NCBI GenBank assembly: GCA_047459655.1
Contig: JAJREF010000001.1
Location: 512,001-576,000 of the forward strand
DNA length: 64,000 nucleotides
Reading direction: 5' to 3'
From: Rhabdochlamydiaceae bacterium
GTDB lineage: Bacteria > Chlamydiota > Chlamydiia > Chlamydiales > Rhabdochlamydiaceae
The position numbers and the translations under genes are program-made. Below, in pieces: positions 19,834-30,826 of this stretch; the first letter of the stretch is position 1; each line of letters opens with the position of its first letter. Under the pieces are notes generated by a model, which saw nothing but the letters and a program-made list of their open reading frames with translations, had not been told where the DNA came from and did not search any database.

Positions 19834-21202
19834 CTAATCCTTAGGATCGTTGAAGATATAACCAGCTGCAATGAGCTCGTCGATGTAGGTAATGCAATAA
19901 TCACTTTCTAAAAACTTCTTATCATTCAACATATGCAGATGAAAAGGAATTGTTGAATGTACGCCACCAATGTAAAACTCCTTCAAAGCTCTTTTAGCAA
20001 TAGCAATTGCCTCTGTCCTATTTTTACCCCTGATAATTAACTTAGCGATCATAGAATCATAGTTGGGGGGATGCGGTAGCCTGAATAGCAGGCGCTATCG
20101 ACACGAACATGAGGTCCGCCGGGAGGAATGTAGTACTCGAGTTGTCCTGGTGAAGGCGCAAAATTTCTTGTGGGATCTTCTGCGTTGATACGGAACTGGA
20201 TGATATGCCCTTTAGGAGTAAGATCTTTCTGCCTGATCTTGAGTTTTCTCCTATGGCAATCTTGATTTGCTCGCAGACAAGGTCAATACCGGTGAGCTCC
20301 TCTGTGACTGTATGCTCTACCTGAATACGGGTGTTGACTTCCATGAAATAGAAGTTTTTATCTTCGTCGAGGAGAAATTCAACGGTTCCCGCTGAATAAT
20401 AGCCCGCTGCTTTTACAACAGCAACAGCAGCTTCACCAATTTTCTTACGGAGAGAATCGCTTAAAATAGGGCTGGGGGCTTCTTCGATGAGTTTTTGCCT
20501 ACGTCTTTGGATAGTACAATCCCTCTCAAAGAGATAGAGATAGTTGCCATGTTTGTCACCTAGGACCTGTATTTCAATATGGCGAGGGTTAACAATCATC
20601 TTTTCAAGGTAAACATCAGGATTATTGAAACTCACTTCAGCTTCTGTCCTAGCAGCTGCAAATTGCCTCACAAATTCTTCGGCATTATGCGCAATACGAA
20701 ATACCTCTTTCCACCTCCACCTGCACAAGCTTTGATGAAAACAGGAAATCCGATTTTCTTAGCTTCTACTGAGACCTTCTTGAGGTGTTGCAACAATACC
20801 GTTAGAACCCGGAATCACAGGACATTTGACACTTTTAGCAGTAGCCTTAGCTTTGGCTTTGTCACCAAGCATGGCAATTGCTTTCGGAGAGGGACCTATA
20901 AAATTCAATCCACAGCTCTCACAAATAGTTGCAAAGCCAGCATTTTCAGATAAGAAACCATAGCCTGGGTGGACAGCATCAGCGCCTGTGATCTCACAAA
21001 CCGACAAAATATTAGAAATTTTTAAGTACGATTTTTGAGAAGGGGGCTCCCCAATGCAAATCGCCTCATCGGCTTGAAGAACATGGAGCGCTTCCGCATC
21101 AGCTTGAAAATAAACGGCCACCGTTTGAAGTCCGAGATCATGGCAAGCCCTAATAATGCGAACAGCAATTTCGCCTCGGTTAGCTATTAAAACTTTCTTC
21201 AT
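19834..21202 (-). CDS. accC: acetyl-CoA carboxylase biotin carboxylase (frameshifted)
   Basis: [31 protein letters not shown] and [10 protein letters not shown] across three ORFs. Confidence 0.95.
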
Positions 21203-21208
21203 ACAACT

Positions 21209-21676
21209 CTAAATTAATTTCGTTCCGAACTCTACAGGAGTTGCATTGCTTGCATAAATCTCTGCAACGGTCCCGACACAACCAGCCTTCACTTCATTCA
21301 TTACCTTCATTGCTTCAATGATGCAAACAATGGTATTTTCATCGACCTTGTCACCCAATTTGATGAATGGAGGATCTTCAGGTGATGGAGAGGTGTATAA
21401 AGTTCCTACCATAGGAGAATTAATAAATTTTCCATTTTCTGCTTTTTTCTCTGGATGAGTCTCTACATGAGAAGAGTGATCTATCTTATGAGGTAGGGGT
21501 GGGTGGGGAAATCTCTCCTGTGGCGGATAATATACGGGAGGCGGTGTATGGACAACAGGAGAAGCCTCAGGTTTCCGCTTAAGGTGTATTTTGTAATCTT
21601 TATCTGTGATGTCAATCTCATCAATGCCCGCTTTTTCCATCGCAGCCATTAATTCTTTAATCTGCTTTAAATCCAC
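21209..21676 (-). CDS. accB: biotin carboxyl carrier protein
   Basis: SPMVGT and the EAMKVMNE biotinylation motif. Confidence 0.95.
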   Translation of the reverse strand: MDLKQIKELMAAMEKAGIDEIDITDKDYKIHLKRKPEASPVVHTPPPVYYPPQERFPHPPLPHKIDHSSHVETHPEKKAENGKFINSPMVGTLYTSPSPEDPPFIKLGDKVDENTIVCIIEAMKVMNEVKAGCVGTVAEIYASNATPVEFGTKLI

Positions 21677-21692
21677 AACTGCTCCTTTAGTC

Positions 21693-21736
21693 TAAGGGCT
21701 CGTAAAGAAATAACTAGGCATTTCCTTACGAGCCTA
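21693..21736. repeat. 44-bp hairpin between efp and accB
   Basis: ggctcgtaaagaaat pairs with atttccttacgagcc. Confidence 0.65.
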
Positions 21737-21742
21737 ACTCGA

Positions 21743-22306
21743 TTATACTCGTTGCACGTAATCTCTTGTGTGCGTATCAACTTTGATAATGTCTCCTGAT
21801 TCCACAAATAGTGGAACATCTAACTTTGCACCACTTTCTAAGAAAGCCGTCTTTGTCGTATTGCCCATAGGGGAAGAGGGTTGAGATGTTTCTGTTTTAA
21901 CGACCATGATTTCCAAAAACTGTGGAAGCTCTATAGAAAACACCGTATCTCCATAAAAAACCGCTTTAACCTCTGTGCCTTCTTTTAAGAAATGGACTTT
22001 ATCGGCAATGACCTCGGCAGGAACAAGGACTTGTTCAAGGTTGCCCACATCTAAAAACAGGTAATCTTTCCCCTCGAGATAGAGGTATTCAAGCTTCTTT
22101 TCCACAAGAGCGATATCTTGAACGGCTTGCCCAACTTTAAAGTTTTTCTCGAGAATTTCTTCAGTGAGCAAGTTTTTAAGCTTTGTTTTAATGAACGGAT
22201 TGCCTTTGGCAACGGTAACTTTTACACACGACTCAACCCGATAAACTTTGCCGTCTACCGAGATGGTCATTCCCGGAGTGATCTGATCTGTTTTAGCTGC
22301 TGTCAT
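21743..22306 (-). CDS. efp: elongation factor P family protein
   Basis: 187 aa; VPLFVESGDIIKVDT...YVQR C-terminus; upstream of accB as in other Chlamydiae. Confidence 0.9.
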   Translation of the reverse strand: MTAAKTDQITPGMTISVDGKVYRVESCVKVTVAKGNPFIKTKLKNLLTEEILEKNFKVGQAVQDIALVEKKLEYLYLEGKDYLFLDVGNLEQVLVPAEVIADKVHFLKEGTEVKAVFYGDTVFSIELPQFLEIMVVKTETSQPSSPMGNTTKTAFLESGAKLDVPLFVESGDIIKVDTHTRDYVQRV

Positions 22307-22977
22307 AATCCTGCTACAATATCCTTAATATGTTTAAATTCCGTCACTGCAAAGTCAACATCGGCTTTGGAATTAGCTACAGGATGATAACCCCTGCCTC
22401 TGCCCCAACGCACATGGATCGTCTTGCACCCTAACTCTTTAGCTGGCGCAAGGTCTATAGTCACCCTATCTCCACAAACAACCGTTTCCTGTGGCGTGGA
22501 GCACAGCTCTTCCATTATGGCCTGATAATGGGGCTTCTTGTTGCGATCACGTGAAACAATGATTTTACTAAAAATGGATGAATCAATACCAGCTTTTTCC
22601 ATTTTTTTAAACTGCAAATCCTTTTCCCCCACAGTCACGAGGGCTAATTGATGCGTCTCTTTTAGCTCACTCAAAATCTCCGTTACATCATCAAGCGGTA
22701 AAATTACAATGTCTGAGGGAAAATCTCCATAGATAACTTTTTCACCTATAGAATAAAATTGTTCTTTGCCATCCATAATGTCAAGAAACTCTGACAAAGA
22801 ACTCCTAGCGCTGTCAGCCGTTTGATCTAAGCGCTTTAGCAAGTCAAGAGCCTCTGTTTCATCAGAGATAGCAAGCCCTGCTGTCATCATATGCTGGAGC
22901 GCACTCTCCAATTGAATAGGAGTGATACATCCCGACGTGTCTATTAACGTGTCATCTAAATCAAAGATTATTAACAA
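22303..22977 (-). CDS. HAD-superfamily hydrolase
   Basis: IIFDLDDTL, KKP and VVCGDRVTID motifs. Confidence 0.9.
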   Translation of the reverse strand: MLIIFDLDDTLIDTSGCITPIQLESALQHMMTAGLAISDETEALDLLKRLDQTADSARSSLSEFLDIMDGKEQFYSIGEKVIYGDFPSDIVILPLDDVTEILSELKETHQLALVTVGEKDLQFKKMEKAGIDSSIFSKIIVSRDRNKKPHYQAIMEELCSTPQETVVCGDRVTIDLAPAKELGCKTIHVRWGRGRGYHPVANSKADVDFAVTEFKHIKDIVAGL

Positions 22978-23924
22978 TTTTCATCAACTCATGGGCTAAT
23001 TTTTTTGAATCATGGCGAATAAGGTTTCGCTTAATCAAGTCTTTTTTAGAACCTTCTTTTAATTCTCCTAAGAGAGATGCAGAGCGAACCCGCTCATCTT
23101 GCAAATCATTCTCAATGAGATCCCCTTCAGACGCATAAAGATCAATTAAATCTTGAGGAGGAGCTTGATTATTGACCAAGATATAATCAAAAACATCTTC
23201 TCCTATAAACTGCGCAATTTCATTTAAGTAATTACTAACTTTAAAACCTGTTGTTTGCCCTTTTCGGTTCATCAAATTAACAACAAAAATCTTTTTAGCG
23301 TCACTTTCTCTCAAAGCGTCTGCAATTCCTTCGACAAGGATATTAGGGATCAAAGATGTATGCAGACCACCGGGCCGAAAACAATGAGATCAGCGTTCAT
23401 AATTTCGTGGATAGCGCGCGGATTAGCCTTAGGATATGGCTCTAAATAGATCGAGCTGTATCCATTTTTCAATCTCTTGAGAAAGGTAAATTTCCCTTTC
23501 CCCTTCTAAGAGTTTGCAGTTGCGCAAAATCATCTTTAATCTAACTTGGTGAGTTGTCACTGGAATGACTTTTCCTTTAATGAAGAGAATACGAGAAACT
23601 TCGTCGACTGCCTTTTCAAAACTTCCCGTTACTTTTTCAAGAGCTGACAGAAGAAGGTTGCCAAAGCTGTGGCCTTCCAGCCCCCCTTGCTCAAAGCGGT
23701 AGTTCATAAGACTTCTTAGTAGCCTTGAAGAATCAGAAAGAGCAACTAAGCACTGCCGCACATCTCCAGGAGGAAGGACACCTAGCTCATCTCTTAAAAT
23801 ACCTGTACTGCCCCCATCATCTGCCATAGAAACAATTGCCGCTAATATCGACATCGTAATTTTTTAACCCTCTAAGGACAGTAAAATTTCCTGTTCCCCC
23901 TCCGATCGTAACAACCTTTTTCAC
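22961..23924 (-). CDS. yvcK: YvcK/GlmR (UPF0052) family protein (frameshifted)
   Basis: GTG start, VVTIGGGTG, ADDGGSTGILR, PPGDVRQCL and GHSFGNL. Confidence 0.88.
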
Positions 23925-24586
23925 GTATTTGCTCCCCGTAGGGTTTGAATAGCTAGCGCTAAGTCTTTAGACTTTTGAATATATGTTCCAGAGACTAACA
24001 CATTGGCTCCTTCTTTAACACAAAGAGGTCCTGTTTTATTATCAATGCCACCATCTACCTGGATATCCAAGGTGATACCTCTTTTTTTACACGCCTCTTT
24101 TATAAAACGCACCTTTTTTAACACTTCAGGCATGAAAGCTTGCCCGCCAAAACCAGGATTAACAGTCATCAGCAAGAGCAGATCACAGTGCTCCAAATAC
24201 TTAACTGCCAGCTCAATCGATGTATCAGGAGAAAAAGCAAGACCCGCTAAAACATTGCATCTGCGGATATAGTCGATGGTTTCTTGCGTTTGCTCTGTCG
24301 CTTCGAAATGGAAGGTGATCCGGTCAGCACCTGCTTCTACGAAGCGCTCGATATACTCAAAGGGGTTGTAAATCATCAAGTGAACATCAAGAAAGAGATT
24401 ACAAGAGCGTTTTACAGCTGCAACCGCTTTAGGCCCCAGCGTGAGATTAGGAACAAAATGGCCATCCATCACGTCGATATGAAGCCCATCTGCACCAGCA
24501 TCTTCAATTCTCTTTGCTTCGCTGCCTAAGGCCGCAAAATCAAAGGAAAGAAGGGAAGGAAGAATTTGAAGGCGGTTTTTTTTCAT
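23921..24586 (-). CDS. rpe: ribulose-phosphate 3-epimerase
   Basis: HIDVMDGHFVPN, MTVNPGFGGQ and IQVDGGI. Confidence 0.96.
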   Translation of the reverse strand: MKKNRLQILPSLLSFDFAALGSEAKRIEDAGADGLHIDVMDGHFVPNLTLGPKAVAAVKRSCNLFLDVHLMIYNPFEYIERFVEAGADRITFHFEATEQTQETIDYIRRCNVLAGLAFSPDTSIELAVKYLEHCDLLLLMTVNPGFGGQAFMPEVLKKVRFIKEACKKRGITLDIQVDGGIDNKTGPLCVKEGANVLVSGTYIQKSKDLALAIQTLRGANT

Positions 24587-24605
24587 AGTGGCCTATTTTA
24601 CAATC

Positions 24606-26473
24606 TCACTTCCTTAGCGTCAACATGGAAAAATTTTTGCTTTACCTTCTTCCGACTTATAGAAATGAGATACCCCCAAAGAATTTTGTGCCGCGGCAGG
24701 TTGGTTTTGCAAGAAGGAGGTCGGGACCGTCAAAAAGTTCTAGAATTAGAGTATTTCTTGTCTCTCCATGAAATAGACTCCCTCTGGCTCTACTTTGACT
24801 ATCTTTTCCTGCTCTGGATTGTCAAGCAGTTCCTTCCAAAGGTTAAATAAATTTTTAATTAATTCGCATGGAAGAATACTGCGCATTTCTATCGGAAAAA
24901 GAGCGTGAAAGAGACTTTCCACAAGAAGCTCATCTTTAGGATCCAAAGAGCTCTTAAGCAATCGTAAAAGCTCTACCTGCTTAGAAATCATCCCCCCATT
25001 ATAGTCCCGCATCTCCCCTATCACCTGTTGCAGCTCGTGCACGACATCCTGCCGCGCTTTGAAAAGATCAAGGGAGCCATCTTCCACGCGCACACCCTTC
25101 AGATGAGATTCCCACACGAAAAACGGTCGCTTCTTTTGGGTATTTTTTACGCAGCATCCCAAGCCTCTTTACCCTATCAGGAGTGAATGTTAAAATACTC
25201 TCTTGCTCTTCAAATTTCTCTTCAATGGAAGGCGTATTGGGAAACAAGATGCGAACGATAATGACTGTGAAACAAAGCTCTGCCTCCTTCTGTTCATCAA
25301 AAGATAAAATGAGCTGAGGAAGATCCCTTATAAAACGGAGTTCACCTGCCAGTGTCACAATATGGCGCATTACCTCTTCTTCATTGCGTGGCATAAAGAG
25401 AGGTTTTAGGGCAACCTCAATGCAGTGCTTGAGCTGCTCTGGGAAAGATAGACGCAATCTGCTAATCTCTTCCTTAGAAAATTCCAACCCATCCTCTTTT
25501 TCTATTTCTAAGTAGAGAATATGAATTCCATCCCCCCACCTTCATTGACAAAAAAAGAATCTTGCACCAGCTTTACATGGAAAATCGCATTCTGGAGAGC
25601 TTTTACTAAATGTCTCTCTTCAAAAAGTTCGTCAGGCTTAAGAAAATTTAGCCCTACACAGATCCCTAACACTCTTTTCACTCCCCACGGCAGGTGTAAA
25701 TCAACGGAATGGATCTTCAACCGAATGTGTCTTTTGTCAGCCTCTCTTTCTAAAGAGTGCCGAATCACCTTGCGGAATATATAAAAAAGAGAAATTAAAC
25801 GACTCAGGTAGTGCGTGTCTCGTGCTGACTTAAATTCATCTTTACTCATGACGAAAAAATGTTGCATCTCTCCAAAAATATCGTAATCGATCTCTTCTGG
25901 TTTTTTTTGGATGAGCGTAACAATTTTTTCCTGAATGTTCGCGTGTTTTTCAGCAGCGCGCATGCCGTGTACTTCCAAGATCCGATTTGTATGGTAGAAA
26001 GAAACCATCCCCAAGCGAATTTCCGTCTCAATCACCCGTAAATTATGTTTGAGAAGCTCGACATCAACATCGCCATTTAACTGTACGACCATCTCAGCTA
26101 GCGTGTAGACTTGGTGACCCAAGTTCACAAGTTTAAAATCTGTCGAAAAGAAAAAAGAAATATCGATTCTCTGTCCTGGCATCAACCATTGATTGATGAT
26201 GTCGTAAAAAATCTTGCTAATATTGAATCGATTTTTTCCTAAGAAAAATAGGGATAGTTTTTCTCCACTGAGCGACCACTTTAGCAAAGGGAGAACGCGC
26301 TCAAAGGTAGCTACGGCCTCTTCTTGCCTCTCTTCATCCAAACCATCAAAAAAAAATGGATCAGGGAAAATCCTTCTTAGGGAATTATGCAGCGCGTTTG
26401 TGTAAAGGGCTCCACCCGGATGATCAATCCCTTCATTAAAGACCGTCAGAACCTGTGAATTTTTTGCATCCAT
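24606..26473 (-). CDS. large hypothetical protein of about 620 aa (several frameshifts; limits approximate)
   Basis: Consecutive minus-strand ORFs 25508-26491, 25068-25487 and 24746-25162 fill the gap between the aspartate kinase gene and rpe. Confidence 0.6.
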
Positions 26474-27263
26474 TAATCGTATCACCTTCAAACAAAAGAG
26501 AATCTAGGGGTCCGATAGACCGAGGAAGCTCCCCTATAAGAGTCCCTCCCGCTGTATCAAACGCCTCAAAAGGCAGAATATGCAAAGGCAACTTATTTTT
26601 TAAAGCTAAACTAACACACCGGTGATGAAGAACCTTAGCTCCTTGCATTGTAATATGAAGAGCCTCTTCATAAGTTAGCTTAGGAAAAAGGAAGCTTGCT
26701 GATTTTTTGGGATCCTCAGAAAAAACCCCCGGAATATCTTTATAGAATTCGACCTTCTCGGCTCGTAGCGCAACACCAAGAGCCACAGCTGTAGTATCAG
26801 AACCTCCCCTCCCAAGGGTTGTGATCTCCCCTTCCTTACTCATCCCCTGAAAGCCCGCAACGATGACGATCTTACCCTGCGCAAGCTCTTTTAAAATTCT
26901 CTGAGGCCTAATCTCTACAATCCGCGCATCTGCATGCTCCGAGGTCGTTATAATTCCCGACTGACTCCCTGTAAATGAAATCGCTTCTTTCCCCTTGGCA
27001 GCCAGCGCCATGGCTAAAAGAGCAATACTAACCCTTTCACCGACAGAAATCAGCATGTCCTGCTCCCGCCTAGGCGGCTCAGGATGAACTTCTTTAGCAA
27101 GCGCTAACAGCTGATCAGTGGTATTACCCATGGCGCTCACCACTACGACGACATATCTATAGACACCAGCCCTAGCTAGGACAATATCTGCCAATTTTAG
27201 AAAATTGGGACGAAGTAGCAACAGATGCCCCCCAAATTTCATCACTAGCGTATGGCCTAGCAT
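26436..27263 (-). CDS. lysC: aspartate kinase, catalytic domain only
   Basis: VMKFGG, VVVSAMGNTTD, VAGFQG and TTLGRGGSDTTA; local compensating frameshifts near the N-terminus. Confidence 0.88.
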   Translation of the reverse strand: MLGHTLVMKFGGHLLLLRPNFLKLADIVLARAGVYRYVVVVVSAMGNTTDQLLALAKEVHPEPPRREQDMLISVGERVSIALLAMALAAKGKEAISFTGSQSGIITTSEHADARIVEIRPQRILKELAQGKIVIVAGFQGMSKEGEITTLGRGGSDTTAVALGVALRAEKVEFYKDIPGVFSEDPKKSASFLFPKLTYEEALHITMQGAKVLHHRCVSLALKNKLPLHILPFEAFDTAGGTLIGELPRSIGPLDSLLFEGDTINGCKKFTGSDGL

Positions 27264-27341
27264 TAAACCCCTCTATTTGGGCGTAGTCTAAAGGATCCTA
27301 TTATTTGTTGACGAGCCCTTAAGAATATAAAAAAGTTTATT

Positions 27342-27488
27342 ACATTCTCAAAATCAAGAAACTATTTATTTCTGCCCTTTTTGACATTTCTAAGGCTCTT
27401 TTTTTGGCCATGCGTACTCACATTGTCCCCAAAAAAGGACTTTAGATCTGGACAAAAATCATTAAAAATAAATTTCTAGATAGACTCT
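27342..27488 (-). mobile_element. palindromic element family B, degenerate copy
   Basis: Aligns to the reverse complement of 45781-45921 (ttttttggccatg.gt.ctcaca.tgtcc.caaaaa...aaaatcat.aaaaataaatt...agatagactc). Confidence 0.75.
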
Positions 27489-27748
27489 TCTACCTATATT
27501 TCTTTCGTAACGATCTTTTCTTATTGATGTTATTTTTAATGATTTGCTATTGTTTTCCCTTTACCCGCAACTATGTGGTGCTCCCCTTAGTTTTTACGTG
27601 TTTTATGCTTGCAGAGCGGCTTTCATTCATCTAAGGTTTCCCTTTGATAAATGGCAGAAGATACTCAGTATAAAAACGTTAAAAACAAGCCGTTGGAAGA
27701 AAATCCACCTTAGTTGCGAAATTAGAAACTCAAGGAGAAACCTTTAAC

Positions 27749-29506
27749 ATGCCCAAAAATACAAATGACTGGAGTGAGTGCAACATTATTGATGATGTTG
27801 ACTTCAACGAAGAAGACGCGCAATTATTTAAAAAATTACTAAGCAAGAAAGAGACCGACGAAGGAAAAGGGTCCGTTGCTTCTATGAGCTCAGGGCAGGT
27901 GCTGAAAGGACGTATCGTTGAGATCACTAAAGACTTTATCGTTGTTGATGTAGGGTTAAAATCTGAAGGACTTGTTCCATTAAATGAATTTATTGAAACA
28001 GCAGACCTCTACCTTGGGAAATGAAGTGGAAGTCTTCTTAGACCAAACAGAAGGAGAAGATGGCCAAATCGTTCTCTCTCATGAAAAAGCAAGAAGATTA
28101 CGTCAATGGGAACACATCGTTCACAACTGTCAAGAAGGCTCTATTGTCACTGGAAAAGTGATCCGCAAGGTAAAAGGTGGCTTGATGGTAGATATCGGAA
28201 TGGAAGCTTTCCTCCCTGGCTCCCAAATCGACAACAAGCGCATCAAAAACCTCGATGAGTATCTAGATAAGACGTTTGAATTTAAAATCCTTAAAATCAA
28301 TAGTGACAGAAAAAATGTCGTTGTTTCCCGTAGAGAACTTCTAGAAGAAGAGCGTATCTCGAAGAAAGTTGAAATGTTAGAAAACATCATTGAAGGACAA
28401 GTTCGCACAGGTGTTGTCAAAAACATCACCGATTTTGGAGTTTTCTTGGATCTTGATGGCATCGATGGACTCCTCCACATCACCGATATGACATGGAAGC
28501 GTATCAAACATCCATCTGAAATGGTTAATTTAGGCGATGAAGTGGAAGTTATTGTTCTGAATGTCGACAAAGAAAAAGGTAGAGTTGCTCTAGGAATGAA
28601 ACAAAAAGAGACCAATCCTTGGGAAGAGATCGAGAAAAGATACCTACCTGGAACACATGTAAAAGGTAGAATCGTGAGCCTCGTCCCCTATGGTGCCTTC
28701 ATTGAAATCGAGCCTGGAATCGAAGGATTGATCCACGTTTCTGAGATGTCTTGGACCAAGAGTATTTCTGACCCGAGTGAAATGGTAAAAAAAGGTGATG
28801 AAGTAGAAGCTCTAGTGCTTGGCGTTCAGAAAGAAGAAGGTAAAATCTCGCTAGGAATGAAGCAACTAGGTAAAAATCCTTGGCAAATGAAGTTGAAAAA
28901 AAATATCCTATTGGCAGCAGTGTCGAAGCAGAAATTCGCAACCTCACTAACTACGGAGCTTTTGTCTGAGCTAGAGCCGGGAATCGATGGTCTTATCCAC
29001 ATTTCTGATCTCAGCTGGATTAAAAAAGTATCCCTATCCTTCTGAAGTTTTAAAGAAAGGGGATAAAGTAGAAGCGATTGTTCTATCTATTGACAAAGAT
29101 AGCAAAAAATCACGCTCGGAGTCAAACAACTCAGCCAAAATCCTTGGGAAAACATTGAAAAAGCAGTTCCCGTCGGAACTCTTGTGAAAGGCGTTGTAAC
29201 TAAGATCACTGCTTTTGGAGCTTTTGTTGAGCTTGACAATCGGAATTGAGGCTCTCATTCACGTTACCTAACTCTCCGACCAACCTTTTGGCAAAGTTGA
29301 GGGAAGTGATTTCTAAGGGCCAAGAGATCGTAGCCAAGGTGATTAAAGTCGATCAAGAATACAAAAAAATCTCCCTCTCTATCAAAGAGTATCTTGTTGA
29401 AAAAATAAAGAAAATCACGATGACATCGTAGTTGGCGAGAAGAAAAAACGTACAACCAAGAAGAAAACAAAAGATAAAGAGGAAGAAGGAACAGAGGGTG
29501 AAGTAG
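27749..29506 (+). CDS. rpsA: 30S ribosomal protein S1 (frameshifted; 3' end approximate)
   Basis: Repeated S1 domains ([31 protein letters not shown]). Confidence 0.95.
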
Positions 29507-29537
29507 TTCTCTCTTTTTACTTTTAATAAGGATAAAA

Positions 29538-30826
29538 ATGCACGAGTAAAGACTTGGTCGCCATTTTTGAATATCTAGAGCGTGAAAGGGATTAAGCGTG
29601 ATATCGTCATTAGCGCGATTGAGGAATCTCTTTTAGCTGCTGCGCGCAAAAACATACAAGGTTTAATCAACATATCTGTCAAAGTGAATAACAAGACAGG
29701 AGATATTGAAGTTTTTGCCCAAAAAGAAGCTGTTGAAAAAGTGACAATACCCGAAGAGGAAGTTTCTCCTGAAGAAGCTAGACTTATTAACCCATATGCT
29801 GAAATTGGCGACTGGATAGATATTACATGCACGCCACAAGAGTTTGGAAGAATTGCTGCCCAAACAGCGCGTCAAGTGATATCCCAAAAATTGCGTACAG
29901 CAGAAACGAGACTGTGATTTACGAAGAGTACCGCCATAGAGTCAATGAAATCATCTCAGGAACTGTGAAGCGCATTGTCCGTGGAGCCAACTTAATTGTA
30001 GACCTCGGAAAAGTAGAGGGCATTTTACCTGATCGGTTTTATCCAAAGACAGAAAAATACAACGTGGGAGAACGCGTTCAAGCTCTTTCTTTTGAAGTAA
30101 GAGACACAGAAAACGGGGGGGCAGAAGTCATTTTAAGCCGTAGCCATCCTGACTTCGTAGCGCAGCTTTTCATGTTAGAAGTGCCTGAAATCAATGACGG
30201 TAAAATCACCATAGAACGCATCGTCCGAGATGCAGGTTACAGGACAAAGCTCGCTGTCAAGTCAACCGATCCTAAAATTGATCCTGTTGGCGCTTGTGTA
30301 GGGGTCAGAGGAACAAGAGTGAAGAATATCATTCGAGAACTCAACAATGAGAAGATCGACGTCCTTCCTTTTAACGCAAGATCCTGTTCAGCTATTACAA
30401 AATGCTCTTTCTCCTATTGAGATCAAAAAAATCAATGTCAGTGACGATGGCTCATCTATCTCTATCGTTGTCGAAGATGAACACTACCCTGCTGCGCTCG
30501 GCAAACGGGGAATGAATGCTCGCCTAAATGGCCAACTTATAGGGGCTGATCTACACATCCAGAAAATGACAGATTTCCAAAATGCAATGACATTGGAAAG
30601 ACAACAAATTGCAACAGCTCAAGACCCAAGCTTAGATGAAACACTCCAAGTGGAAGGAATGAGTAACTTGATCATTGAAAGCTTAATCTCTGCGGGCTTT
30701 GATACACCTCGTAAGATTTTAAATGCAACCCCAAAGGAACTGGCAGCTGTTCCTGAGATTAGCTTGAAAATGGCAGATGAAATTTTAGAAAAAGTACGTA
30801 AGAAAAAGGGCTTAAAAGTTGGCTAA
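29538..30826 (+). CDS. nusA: transcription factor NusA (frameshifted)
   Basis: KDLVAIFEYL, FGRIAAQTARQ and DPVGACVGVRGTR. Confidence 0.95.
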
